NCBI GenBank assembly: GCA_035492455.1
Contig: DATJJE010000050.1
Location: forward strand, 3,134-67,133
Direction of reading: 5' to 3'
Source of the DNA: Vicinamibacterales bacterium
GTDB lineage: Bacteria > Acidobacteriota > Vicinamibacteria > Vicinamibacterales > UBA2999
DNA length: 64,000 nucleotides
The translations under genes and the position numbers were made by a program. Under the pieces are notes generated by a model. That model was not told the origin of the DNA. It searched no databases and saw nothing but the letters and a program-made list of their open reading frames with translations. Positions 26,823 to 36,406 of the stretch are shown here, in pieces; positions within the stretch are counted from its first letter, which is position 1, and every line of letters starts with the position of its first letter.

Positions 26823-27605
26823 CTACGTTCCTGTCCACTGCGGCTTCCGCTTGTTCAGGAATGCATCGACGCCTTCCTTGAAATCCGCACTCATGTAGCA
26901 CATCTCGATCAGGTCTGCATCGCCCTGTGGCGGGTTGTGCGCGTCCATCAGGCGGCGCGTCATCTCCTTCGTCGCGCGGATGGTCAGCGGCGCATTGGAC
27001 GCGATCTGGCGCGCCATCTCCATCACTTCTGATTCGATCGACTCCTTCGGCACCACGCGGTTGAAAAGACCGATCGCCTGCGCTTCGGCGGCGGTGAACA
27101 GCCGTCCGGTGAAGATCATTTCCTTGGCACGCGCGGGGCCAATCAGGTTGACGATGCGTGCGAATGTGCCAGAGGAGGCAACGTTGCCGAGCGTGCGCGC
27201 GATGGGAATGCCGATCTGCGAGTCGGTCGTGGCGACGCTCAGGTCGCATGTCGCCACGAGGCCGCAGCCGGCGCCGGTGGCAAATCCTTCGACCTGCGTG
27301 ATGGTCGGCCTCGTGACGCTCGCCAGCCGCCCGAGGACGACGCTGATTTTCTTCTCGTAATCGATCGCATCCTGCGGCGTGCGGAAGCTCTGAAACTGCG
27401 AGATGTCCGTGCCGGAGACGAACGCCTTGCCGCCGGCGCCTTTCAGAATGAACACGCGCACCTGCGGATTGCGGTCGACCTCTTCGCAGGCGGCCAGGAG
27501 CGCGTCATACATCGCCCACGTCATCGCATTGCGCGCCTGCGGCCGATTGAAGGTGAGCAAGGCGAGCGGCGGCGCGACCTCGAAGATGGTTTCGGCAGTG
27601 GTCAT
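26823..27605 (-). CDS. Enoyl-CoA hydratase/isomerase (crotonase family)
   Basis: 260-aa ORF with LTFNRPQARNAMT ... KGAGGKAFVSGTDI ... GFATGAGCGL. Confidence 0.85.
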   Translation of the reverse strand: MTTAETIFEVAPPLALLTFNRPQARNAMTWAMYDALLAACEEVDRNPQVRVFILKGAGGKAFVSGTDISQFQSFRTPQDAIDYEKKISVVLGRLASVTRPTITQVEGFATGAGCGLVATCDLSVATTDSQIGIPIARTLGNVASSGTFARIVNLIGPARAKEMIFTGRLFTAAEAQAIGLFNRVVPKESIESEVMEMARQIASNAPLTIRATKEMTRRLMDAHNPPQGDADLIEMCYMSADFKEGVDAFLNKRKPQWTGT

Positions 27606-27627
27606 AGAGGCTCTTAGAATACCGTTA

Positions 27628-28788
27628 ATGGATCAGAGCAACGGTGGGGCGCTCGCGGGCCTGCGCGTCATCGATCTCACACAGGTGATGGCCGGCCCTT
27701 TCTGCACCATGCTGCTCGCCGATTTCGGCGCCGATGTGATCAAGATCGAGCCGCCGAACGGCGACTCGACGCGCACCATGCCAGGCGCGGTCGGCACCGA
27801 CAGCCCGAGCTTCAACGCCGTGAACCGCGGCAAGCGCAGCGTCGTTCTCAATCTGAAGAGTGAAGAAGGTGTTGGCGCGGTCAAGGCGCTGGTGCGGAGC
27901 GCGGACGTCTTCGTCGAGAACTATCGGCCCGGTGCGCTCGACAAGCTGGGCCTCGGCTACGCAGAACTGTCGGCGATCAACCCGCGGCTGATTTACGCGT
28001 CGATTTCAGGCTACGGCCAGACCGGTCCGCAACGGCACAAGGGCGGATTCGATCTCGTTGCGCAGGGCGTGTCCGGCATCATGTCGGTGACCGGCGAGCC
28101 CGAAGGCGCGCCGGTGAAATCGGGCATCCCGCTGACCGACCTCGGCGCCGGCATGTTTGCCACGATCGGTATACTCGCCGCGATCGAGTATCGCCACCGC
28201 ACCGGGAAGGGCCAGCTAGTCGACACGTCATTGCTCGATGCCGGGGTCGGCTTGTCCGTGTGGGAATCCACACAGTATTTCTCCGGCCGTGGCATTCCCG
28301 AGCGCCTCGGTTCCGCGCACCGGATGAGCGCGCCGTATCAGGCGTTCCGATGCGCGGACGGCTACATCACGCTCGGCGGCGCCAACGACCGCAGTTTCCA
28401 TCGCATCTGCGAAGTGCTCGGCCACGCGGAGTGGAAACAGATGCCGGAGTTTCTCACCGACGGCATGCGCATCAAGAACCGTGTGGACCTGGCCGCGCGC
28501 ATCGAAGCGATCACCAGCACTAAACCTCGCGCGCACTGGCTGGAGCTGTTCGAAGCACACAACATCCCCTGCGGACCGATCAACGATTACGCGCAGGTGT
28601 TCGACGATCCGCAGGTGATCGCGCGCGAGCTGGTCGTGGACGTCGACCATCCGACGCTCGGCGCAATCAGGGCACTCGGCTCGCCGATCAAACTGAGCGA
28701 AACACCACCTGCCGTTCGGCGCAGGGCGCCACTGCTCGGCGAACACACGGAGGAGGTTCTAGCGCAGGCCGGGATTCGTTTTTCATGA
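27628..28788 (+). CDS. Family III CoA-transferase (CaiB/BaiF type)
   Basis: The track ORF (27403..) has an N-terminal extension antisense to the crotonase gene. The real start is ATG 27628 (MDQSNGGALAGLRVIDLTQVMAGPFCTMLLADFGADVIKIE). Confidence 0.85.
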   Translation: MDQSNGGALAGLRVIDLTQVMAGPFCTMLLADFGADVIKIEPPNGDSTRTMPGAVGTDSPSFNAVNRGKRSVVLNLKSEEGVGAVKALVRSADVFVENYRPGALDKLGLGYAELSAINPRLIYASISGYGQTGPQRHKGGFDLVAQGVSGIMSVTGEPEGAPVKSGIPLTDLGAGMFATIGILAAIEYRHRTGKGQLVDTSLLDAGVGLSVWESTQYFSGRGIPERLGSAHRMSAPYQAFRCADGYITLGGANDRSFHRICEVLGHAEWKQMPEFLTDGMRIKNRVDLAARIEAITSTKPRAHWLELFEAHNIPCGPINDYAQVFDDPQVIARELVVDVDHPTLGAIRALGSPIKLSETPPAVRRRAPLLGEHTEEVLAQAGIRFS

Positions 28789-28989
28789 TGGAGGGCAGCG
28801 TCCTCTTATCCTCCGATGCCTCAATGCGGCATGTGCGGCACGACCTCCAAAACAGGCAAGCCCAGAGGTCTAAACTGCAACGCGCCCGAGTCGATTGACT
28901 CCTCGCCGCATCCAATCGAACGAGAGGTTGCTCTCGGAGGTCGGTCGAGATTAACGCGGGAGCAGTAACTCCCGATGGCACGCGCACCT

Positions 28990-29973
28990 CTACGACGACG
29001 CGCCGCCTCCTTGCGCCGACGGCTGCGCCGCCGGCTTGTGCACCGCGTGTCGCTCGTCATGTGCCAGATTCGCGACGATGGGTCGCAGCGACGTTGCCTG
29101 GCGCAGCACGTTGAACCAGAACGGCGCGCCGAGACTCAGAAGCATCGCAGAGAACAGCACACCGAAGAAATGGGCGTTGACATCCCAACCCGATGATGTA
29201 GCCGTGGAACGCACGATCGGCAACAGGTCGTCCTGACTCAACACGCCGTTCGGTGCGTGCTTCGCGTAATCGGGCATCAGGTGCAGCCCGGTTGCCGTGA
29301 GGTCGTTGTTGATTTGCGCGGTCGTGGAGAGGATCCGCCGCAGGTCGCCGGCCGCGGCCTGGTCCTGCGCGATGGCCAGGCGTTCGGCTTCAGTGTTGAT
29401 CGCGTCCGTCGACGCCAGCAGTCTGGTCCGGATCTCCAGGTTGCTCGACAGATCGCGAAACAGCGTCGACGAATCGAGATGCACGGCGAACGCGATGGCG
29501 ACGGCCCAGGCCAGCGTCACCACGCGCGTCGACAGCGTGAACCGCTGCGACACGCGATCCATCGTCTTGTGGAACCAGTGATCGATGTCGCTCCACATCT
29601 CGTCCCTCGCCAGCGCCTTCTGCAACCCGGGCCACCTGTCCTGCGCCTCCTTGGTCGAGCCAATGCGGCGCAGAATGTCCTTGAATTCGTCGAGGCGGAT
29701 GGCGGTGGCGAGCTGCCACAGCTTGAACCGTTCGAAGCGATGGAACGTCGAGTCCGTGATCAAGGGATGGCAGAGCAGCTGGTTGCTGATGTCGCGAACG
29801 TGCGCACTGGCTTCGGGCGCGACCTGCTCCAGCAATACCTCGATTCCCGAGCGCAGGTGCAACCCGCGCAGCGACGCAATCGCGACGACCGCCTGATTGA
29901 GCAGCGTGATGATCAGGCTGACGGCAAGAATGACGACGACGAAGGCAATGAAGGTGTCGAGTTGTCCGAGCAT
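28990..29973 (-). CDS. Hypothetical membrane protein
   Basis: 327-aa ORF with an N-terminal TM (FIAFVVVILAVSLIITLL), a central TM (VVTLAWAVAIAFAV), a C-terminal TM (FFGVLFSAMLLSLGAPFWF) and long helical soluble segments. No known motif recognised. Confidence 0.6.
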   Translation of the reverse strand: MLGQLDTFIAFVVVILAVSLIITLLNQAVVAIASLRGLHLRSGIEVLLEQVAPEASAHVRDISNQLLCHPLITDSTFHRFERFKLWQLATAIRLDEFKDILRRIGSTKEAQDRWPGLQKALARDEMWSDIDHWFHKTMDRVSQRFTLSTRVVTLAWAVAIAFAVHLDSSTLFRDLSSNLEIRTRLLASTDAINTEAERLAIAQDQAAAGDLRRILSTTAQINNDLTATGLHLMPDYAKHAPNGVLSQDDLLPIVRSTATSSGWDVNAHFFGVLFSAMLLSLGAPFWFNVLRQATSLRPIVANLAHDERHAVHKPAAQPSAQGGGASS

Positions 29974-30040
29974 GGGTGGCCCTCTCCGCGCGCATCATAA
30001 ATGCGGCGACGAGGCACTCGTTCACAAATCGGCAAAGAAT

Positions 30041-31222
30041 CTAGGCCTTCGCGAACGCCGACTCAGTGGCGAGTATCTCGAGCGCGGCGAGCACGCCGCC
30101 GGCACGGTGCGGCACGTCCGCGAGCTTGAAACCCATCTCGACGCCGCTGAGCGTGCCGGCCAGCGTCAGGTCGTTGAGATCCCCGAGATGGCCGATGCGG
30201 AAGATCTTTCCCTTCAACTTGCCGAGGCCGGTGCCGAGCGACATGTCGAACCGTTCGAGCACGATCTGACGGAAGACATCCGCGTCGCGGCCGTCAGGCA
30301 TTATTACGGCAGTCAGCACGCCGCTGTATTCCGCCGGGTTCTGCGCCACGATGTCGAGGCCCCACTCCTTGACCGCCGCTCGCGTCGCGCGCCCGAAGCG
30401 CTCGTGACGGGCCCAGATATTCTCGAGCCCCTCGTCGCGCATCATGCCGAGCGCCTCGCGCAGCCCGTACAAAATGTTGGTTGACGGCGTATAGGGAAAG
30501 AAGCCGGCCGTGTTGTCGCGCAGCATCGGCTGCCAGTCCCAGTAGGCGCGAGGCATCTTCGCGGTCTTCGAGGCGGCAAGCGCCTTGTCGCTGATTGCGT
30601 TGAAGCTAATGCCGGGCGGCAGCATCAATCCTTTCTGCGAGCAGCCAACCGTGACGTCCGCGCCCCAGGCATGGTGACGATATTCGATCGAGCCGAGCGA
30701 AGAGATGGTGTCGACGAGCAGCAGTGCAGGGTGTCGCGCCGCATCAATCTGCTTGCGAATCTCGCCGATGCGGCTGACGACACCGGTTGACGTCTCGTTG
30801 TGGACGACACAGACGGCTTTGATCGCGTGGCCGCGGTCGTCCGCCAGCTTTTCGAACACCACGGCGGGATCGGCGCCATGACGCCAATCGCTGGTCACCC
30901 AGTCGACCTGCAGGCCCATCTTTGTCGCCACCTCTCTCCACAGCGTGGCGAAGTGGCCGGTCTCGAACATCAGTACTCGGTCGCCGGGCGAGAGCGTGTT
31001 GACGAGCGACGCCTCCCACGCGCCGGTACCGGATCCCGGATAAATGATGACGGGCGACTTGGTAAGGAAGACGTCCTTCAGCCCTGCCAGCACGTCCTTG
31101 GCGAGCGACGCGAACTCGGGGCCGCGGTGATCGATCGTCGGCTTGCTGAGCGCGCGCAGCACACGATCGGGAACGTTGGTGGGACCTGGGATTTGAAGAA
31201 AATGCCGCCCGCTCTTGGCCAT
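30041..31222 (-). CDS. Class V aminotransferase (serine-glyoxylate/alanine-glyoxylate type)
   Basis: 393-aa ORF with FLQIPGPTNVPDRVL ... YPGSGTGAWE ... VHNETSTGV ... CSQKGLMLPPG. Confidence 0.85.
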   Translation of the reverse strand: MAKSGRHFLQIPGPTNVPDRVLRALSKPTIDHRGPEFASLAKDVLAGLKDVFLTKSPVIIYPGSGTGAWEASLVNTLSPGDRVLMFETGHFATLWREVATKMGLQVDWVTSDWRHGADPAVVFEKLADDRGHAIKAVCVVHNETSTGVVSRIGEIRKQIDAARHPALLLVDTISSLGSIEYRHHAWGADVTVGCSQKGLMLPPGISFNAISDKALAASKTAKMPRAYWDWQPMLRDNTAGFFPYTPSTNILYGLREALGMMRDEGLENIWARHERFGRATRAAVKEWGLDIVAQNPAEYSGVLTAVIMPDGRDADVFRQIVLERFDMSLGTGLGKLKGKIFRIGHLGDLNDLTLAGTLSGVEMGFKLADVPHRAGGVLAALEILATESAFAKA

Positions 31223-31232
31223 GGAATGGATC

Positions 31233-32360
31233 CTACTTCGTGGCGTTGATTTCGCCGGGTCGATACGTCTTGCTGAAATTGTTGCGCGTATTCGTCACAG
31301 TGAAGGTGCCATCCTGCTGCGCCGTCACCTTGAAGAAATATGACTTCCCGTTGTGCACCGGTGCGGGCGGCGCCTGCTGCCCTTGGGGCGGCGGTGTGTA
31401 TTGCCCGATCGGCATCGACGTCTCAGGCTGATCGATCGTGTTGGCGATGAACGCGCCCGGCACGGTGTATTCCTGCCCGCTCAACAGCGAGAAGTGCATC
31501 TGCCACACGTCCTCGAGCCCCGGCGAGGAGAACATCGACTGCATCGAGAAGGGCTCGCCGCCCTTTCGGGTGCCGTTGTTGACGATTGCCACGCGCGGAC
31601 GCACGGCATGCACGAGCACCGGCGAGTTGGAGCTGGACTGGCCGTGATGCATGCCGAGCATCAAATCGACGGTTCCGATCCGGTTGACCGGACACGCCAG
31701 CTCGAATTCCTTGTTGCGTGTGTTGTCGCCCAGGTGCAACGCCCTGAACTTGCCGTAGCTGACGAGAATGCCGACCGACATCGGATCTTCCATGTTGTTG
31801 TCGATCGGCTGAAAGTTCGCGCACTCCGGATTGCGCTGGCCGGCGCCGTTGCCTTTCATCGTCGCAATCGGCATCCCGGCCGAAATGACCACGGTCACGT
31901 TGGTCGCGCCGAGCGGAATCTTGTCTCCCGGCTTGGCGACCGTGTGCTGCGATTTCGAGATCAGGTCCGCGTAGACGTTCTTCAGAAAATCGTCCGCGGC
32001 CTGGCCGGGCTGCACGTTGGGCCCGTGATCCCAGTAGTGCTTGATCGGGATCTGCTTGGCGAGCTCCTGCAGGCCGCCGAAGTGATCACCGTGCCAGTGC
32101 GTGATGATCAGATTGTCGATCTGCGTCAGGCCCGCATCGCGGACGGCTTCCATGATGCGCCCCGCATCGCGTACCGCCGCGGCGCCGGCGTTGCCGGTGT
32201 CCATCAGCAGCGATTCGCCGGTCGGCGAGACGAAAAGCACGCCGTTGCCACCCTCGACGTCGACGACATAGATCGTCAGCGGCTTGGTCGCGCGGTTCTG
32301 CGTAAACGCGGGCGCGGCGAGACAGGCGACGGCAGCGAGCGCGAGCAGTGCGCGTTTCAT
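31233..32360 (-). CDS. Secreted MBL-fold metallo-hydrolase, paralog 1
   Basis: 375-aa ORF with a signal peptide. HxHxDH motif ITHWHGDHFGG. C-terminal extension ending FKVTAQQDGTFTVTNTRNNFSKTYRP. Confidence 0.8.
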   Translation of the reverse strand: MKRALLALAAVACLAAPAFTQNRATKPLTIYVVDVEGGNGVLFVSPTGESLLMDTGNAGAAAVRDAGRIMEAVRDAGLTQIDNLIITHWHGDHFGGLQELAKQIPIKHYWDHGPNVQPGQAADDFLKNVYADLISKSQHTVAKPGDKIPLGATNVTVVISAGMPIATMKGNGAGQRNPECANFQPIDNNMEDPMSVGILVSYGKFRALHLGDNTRNKEFELACPVNRIGTVDLMLGMHHGQSSSNSPVLVHAVRPRVAIVNNGTRKGGEPFSMQSMFSSPGLEDVWQMHFSLLSGQEYTVPGAFIANTIDQPETSMPIGQYTPPPQGQQAPPAPVHNGKSYFFKVTAQQDGTFTVTNTRNNFSKTYRPGEINATK

Positions 32361-32364
32361 ACAG

Positions 32365-33507
32365 CTACCTCGTGGCGTTAGCGGTTGCCGGACGATACGT
32401 CTTGCTGAAGTTGTTGCGCATGTTTGTCACCGTGAAGGCGCCATCCTGCTGCGCGACAACCTTGAAATAGTATGACTTCCCGTTGTGCACCGGTGCCGGT
32501 GCGGCCTGCTGTCCCTGCGGCGGCGGATTCCACGCCGCCACCGGCAATGAGGCGTCTGGCTGGTCGATCTGGTTGGCGATGAACGCGCCCGGCACCGTGT
32601 ACTCCTGGCCACTGAGCAGCGAGAAGTGCATCTGCCACAGGTCCTCGAGGCCGGGCGAGGAAAAGAGAACTTTCATCGCGTCCGGTTGTCCGCCCTTGCG
32701 CGTGCCGTTATTGATGATCGCCGCGCGCGGATGGAGCGCATGCACCAGCGCCGGGGAGTTGGAAATCGCCTGGCCGTGATGCGACACGATAAACAGATCC
32801 GCGGTGCCGAGCCGGTTGTTCGGGCACATCAGATCGAGTTCCTTGTTGTAGGTCAGGTCGCCCATGTGCACCATCCGGAACTTGCCAAACGTGATGTAGC
32901 TGCTGACCGATTGTGCGTTCTCGGTCGGATCCGGATCCTGCGGCTTCGATTCCGCGCAATACGGATTCGGACGACCCGCGCCTTGGAGGTTCGTCTTCAG
33001 AACGTTGCCGGCTGCGGCGACGACGTTCCATTTCAGATCCTTGAGGGGAATCGTGTCGCCCGGTTTCAAGACTGTGTGTGTCGCCTTCGCGGTGAGCGGT
33101 TCGTAGACCGTCTTGAAGAAATCGTCCGTCGCCGGCGTCGCCTGCACGTTGGGGCCGTGATCGTAATAATGCGCGATGGGTATCTGCCGGGCGAGTTCCT
33201 GCAGGCCGCCGAAGTGATCGCCATGCCAGTGGGTGATGATCAGGTGATCGATCTTCGTCACGCCGGCATCCTTCGCCGCTTCCATGATGCGTCCAGCGTC
33301 GCGAGCGGCCTGGTTGCCGCCGTTGCCCGTGTCGATGAGGACGGTTTCACCGGACGGCGTCACGAACAGCGTCGCATTGCCGCCTTCGACGTCGACGATG
33401 TAAATTTCGAGCGGTTTGCCGACTCGGTTCTGCGCCAGGGCTGGCGCCGCCATGCAGGTCAACGCGAGCAGAGACACAGAGAGCGTGCGCATAGAGAACC
33501 CCCTCAT
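32365..33507 (-). CDS. Secreted MBL-fold metallo-hydrolase, paralog 2 (tandem duplicate)
   Basis: 380-aa ORF with the same architecture as paralog 1. Shared strings include LIITHWHGDHFGGLQELA and WQMHFSLLSGQEYTVPGAFIAN. The start may be the internal MRTLSVSLL. Confidence 0.8.
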   Translation of the reverse strand: MRGFSMRTLSVSLLALTCMAAPALAQNRVGKPLEIYIVDVEGGNATLFVTPSGETVLIDTGNGGNQAARDAGRIMEAAKDAGVTKIDHLIITHWHGDHFGGLQELARQIPIAHYYDHGPNVQATPATDDFFKTVYEPLTAKATHTVLKPGDTIPLKDLKWNVVAAAGNVLKTNLQGAGRPNPYCAESKPQDPDPTENAQSVSSYITFGKFRMVHMGDLTYNKELDLMCPNNRLGTADLFIVSHHGQAISNSPALVHALHPRAAIINNGTRKGGQPDAMKVLFSSPGLEDLWQMHFSLLSGQEYTVPGAFIANQIDQPDASLPVAAWNPPPQGQQAAPAPVHNGKSYYFKVVAQQDGAFTVTNMRNNFSKTYRPATANATR

Positions 33508-33519
33508 GAGCGCACGATT

Positions 33520-33813
33520 CTACTTCACATCTTTGATGATGAAGAGCTTCTCTCCGGGCCGGATCAGGCCAAGTTCGCGGCGGGCAATCTCTTCGATCGC
33601 CTGAGGATCTTCGCGGAGCTCGCGCGCCTGGTCGCGCAGGTGGGCGTTTTCGGCGCGCGACTGCGCCAGCGACGTCTCGAGGGTCCGGTACTGCTGCCGC
33701 GCCTTCAGCATCGCGAGGAAACCGCGGTCGCCGACCAGCGCGTCGATGATCAGCACGCACCCGACCGCCAGCACGACGTAGCGCACCACACGGCTGCGGC
33801 GCCGGCGCTGCAT
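33520..33813 (-). CDS. ftsB: Septum formation initiator (FtsB/DivIC family)
   Basis: Start chosen at internal ATG 33813 (MQRRRRSRVVRYVVLAVGCVLI). One TM plus a coiled coil, then EEIARRELGLIRPGEKLF. Confidence 0.75.
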   Translation of the reverse strand: MQRRRRSRVVRYVVLAVGCVLIIDALVGDRGFLAMLKARQQYRTLETSLAQSRAENAHLRDQARELREDPQAIEEIARRELGLIRPGEKLFIIKDVK

Positions 33814-33908
33814 CGAGGAGGTCGTCGTCGTATCGGGAGCGCGTTTCTTCAATTTCGACCCGTGGCAGAATAGCGCGTTTCGATCGCGAGTACAACTACC
33901 AAAGTGAG

Positions 33909-34244
33909 ATGAAAAGTACAAGCGGCAGTTCAGCCGTCATCATTCTCACGACTCTTTCCGCGTCGGCCGACGCAACTTCGTTCGCGCGCGCGCTGGTCAG
34001 CGAGCAGCTGGCCGCCTGCGTAAACGTGTTGCCGCCGATGACGTCGCTTTACCGGTGGAAGGGAGAGGTCGAGGAGGATCGGGAGCAACAGCTCGTCATC
34101 AAGACGACGGAAGACCGGGTCGGGGCGATCGAGGCCCGCTTCCGCGAGCTGCATCCGTACGAACTTCCGGAACTTATCATTCTCGATGTGAAGGCTTCGG
34201 CGCCGTATCTGGCGTGGATTGCTGCCTCCGTGGCGGCGACATAA
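33909..34244 (+). CDS. cutA: Divalent-cation tolerance protein CutA
   Basis: 111-aa ORF with LAACVNVLPPMTSLYRWKGEVEEDREQQLVIKT ... HPYELPE. Confidence 0.85.
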   Translation: MKSTSGSSAVIILTTLSASADATSFARALVSEQLAACVNVLPPMTSLYRWKGEVEEDREQQLVIKTTEDRVGAIEARFRELHPYELPELIILDVKASAPYLAWIAASVAAT

Positions 34245-34458
34245 GGCCGCAGGCAAAGACGACGGCAGCCGCCAGCCCCCACAACAATGTGTGCGGCAAC
34301 ACCGGGATCGGCCAGCTGAACACCCAGATCACCGCCGCGATGAGGCCGACGCGAACGAGGAAATAGCGCCGGATTCCGCTCGCCTGGTCACGTTCCACTT
34401 CATCCGCCAGCAGCCTTCGCAAACGCTCGCGGTCGAGATCCGACGAGTGCACTTTCAT
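34177..34458 (-). CDS. Small membrane protein (hypothetical), downstream of kup
   Basis: 93-aa ORF whose ATG lies 2 nt after the kup stop. It has two hydrophobic segments. It overlaps the cutA 3' end by 68 nt, so the real stop or the reality of the gene is uncertain. Confidence 0.4.
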   Translation of the reverse strand: MKVHSSDLDRERLRRLLADEVERDQASGIRRYFLVRVGLIAAVIWVFSWPIPVLPHTLLWGLAAAVVFACGLMSPPRRQQSTPDTAPKPSHRE

Positions 34459-34460
34459 AT

Positions 34461-36392
34461 TTACATCTCCACCTGAACACCCAACTCGACCACGCGCTCC
34501 GGCGGCAGGCGGAAGAACGCCGTCGCGCGGATGGCATTGCGCGTCATCAGCACAAACAGCTTTTCGCGCCAGATCGCCATGCCTTGTCGGCGTGTCACGA
34601 GAATCGTTTCGCGGCCCAGGAAGTAAGTGACGTCATCGACGTCGAGCGGCAATCCTTGCTCGCGCGCGTCGAGCAGCGCCTCGGGGACGTTTGGATCCTC
34701 CATAAATCCATACTGCAGCCGCATGTTGTACAGCCCGTGTCCGAGCGATTGCACGTAGAGATGGTCTTTTCGCGCGACGTGCGGCACCTGGACGGTGGCG
34801 ACGGTCAGCACAATGACGTGTTCATGCAGCACTTTGTTGTGCCGCAGGTTATGCGCCAGGGCAGGTGGTGTGCCGGTCGGCTGCGCCGTCATGAAAACCG
34901 CCGTTCCCGGCACTCGCAGCGGCGGCGACGCTTCGACCACCGCCATGAATGTCTCCAGCGGCACGGCGCGCGCTGTGAGCCGCTCGGCAACCAGCCGCCG
35001 GCCGGTCCGCCACGTCGTCATCACGGTGAAAAGCACGGCCGCGACAGCGAGCGTTACCCAGCCTCCCTGGACCACTTTCAGGGCGTTGGCGCCGAAGAAC
35101 GCGGTGTCGATGCCGAGGAACAGTGCGGTCGCCGCGATCACCGCCGGCTTCGGCCAATGCCAGCGCTCCGTCATGATGACGTAGAGCAGCAGCACGGTGA
35201 TGATCATCGTCAGCGTCACGGCGATGCCATACGCGGCCGCCATGGCGCCGGACGACCCGAACCCGATCACGATCAGCACCGTCGCCGCCATGAGTGCCCA
35301 GTTCACCTGCGGCACGTAGATCTGGCCGATCTCCCGCGCGGAGGTATGCTCCACCTCGAGTCGCGGCACGAGGCCAAGCTGAATCGCCTGACGGGTGATT
35401 GAGAAGGAACCAGAGATGAGCGCCTGCGACGCGATGATCGCCGCAACCGTAGCGATGCCGACCAGCGGCAGCAAGCCCCACGACGGCGCGAGCTGGAAGA
35501 ACGGGTGCTCAGCGGCGGGATTGCGCAGCAGCAGTGCACCCTGCCCGAGGTAATTGAGCACCAACGCCGGCAATACGAGTGCGAACCATGCCAGACGAAT
35601 CGGCTGCTTGCCGAAATGCCCCATGTCGGCATACAGCGCTTCGCCCCCGGTGACGACGAGAAATACGGCACCGAGCACCGCAAATCCGGTGAACCGATTG
35701 ATTTCGAAGAACCTGACTGCGTGGCGCGGGTCGAACGCGCCGAGAACCTGTGGAGCGCTTGCGATCCAGACCACGCCGAGGGCGGCGATGGTCACAAACC
35801 AGACGATCACGATCGGGCCGAACAGTCGGCCGACTCGATGTGTGCCGAACTTCTGGATCGCAAACAGGATCACCAGGATGGCGACCGTCAGCGGCACGAC
35901 ATACGGGCTGAACAGCGGTGTCGCGACCTCGAGGCCCTCAACTGCGCTCAACACCGAAATCGCTGGAGTAATCATGCCGTCGCCGTACAGCAGCGCGGTT
36001 CCAAAGATGCCGAGCGCCACGAGCAGGGGCCGTCCCATGGCCAGCCGGGCCGGACCACCAGCACCACCGCGGCTCGGAATGAGCGCGGTCAACGCAAGAA
36101 TGCCGCCCTCTCCCTGATTGTCCGCGCGCATCACGACCACGACGTACTTGAGCGAGATGACGAGCAGCAGCGCATAGATGATGAGCGACAGGACGCCCAG
36201 CACGTTCTCGGTGGTAGGCGGCACGCTGTGCGTGCCGAAGAAGCATTCGCGCATCGCATACAGCGGGCTCGTGCCGATGTCGCCGTAGACGACGCCGAGC
36301 GCCGTGAGCGTCAGCGGCAGCAGACGGCTGTGGCGGGTTGTGTGCGAAATGCCAGGGAAAGCTGCGGCGGCCGTGCCGGACCCGTCGGGCAA
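34461..36392 (-). CDS. kup: KUP/HAK/KT-family potassium transporter Kup
   Basis: Contains ALGVVYGDIGTSPLYAMRECF and a multi-TM body with a C-terminal cytoplasmic domain. The track start TTG 36404 overlaps the GGAGGAG Shine-Dalgarno. I prefer the in-frame TTG 36392, but the start is uncertain. Confidence 0.9.
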   Translation of the reverse strand: MPDGSGTAAAAFPGISHTTRHSRLLPLTLTALGVVYGDIGTSPLYAMRECFFGTHSVPPTTENVLGVLSLIIYALLLVISLKYVVVVMRADNQGEGGILALTALIPSRGGAGGPARLAMGRPLLVALGIFGTALLYGDGMITPAISVLSAVEGLEVATPLFSPYVVPLTVAILVILFAIQKFGTHRVGRLFGPIVIVWFVTIAALGVVWIASAPQVLGAFDPRHAVRFFEINRFTGFAVLGAVFLVVTGGEALYADMGHFGKQPIRLAWFALVLPALVLNYLGQGALLLRNPAAEHPFFQLAPSWGLLPLVGIATVAAIIASQALISGSFSITRQAIQLGLVPRLEVEHTSAREIGQIYVPQVNWALMAATVLIVIGFGSSGAMAAAYGIAVTLTMIITVLLLYVIMTERWHWPKPAVIAATALFLGIDTAFFGANALKVVQGGWVTLAVAAVLFTVMTTWRTGRRLVAERLTARAVPLETFMAVVEASPPLRVPGTAVFMTAQPTGTPPALAHNLRHNKVLHEHVIVLTVATVQVPHVARKDHLYVQSLGHGLYNMRLQYGFMEDPNVPEALLDAREQGLPLDVDDVTYFLGRETILVTRRQGMAIWREKLFVLMTRNAIRATAFFRLPPERVVELGVQVEM

Positions 36393-36406
36393 ACGCTCCT
36401 CCAATT

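Noticed and set aside
27403-27627. N-terminal extension of the CoA-transferase ORF
   Set aside because: It is antisense to the crotonase gene. The conserved CoA-transferase N-terminus starts at ATG 27628.
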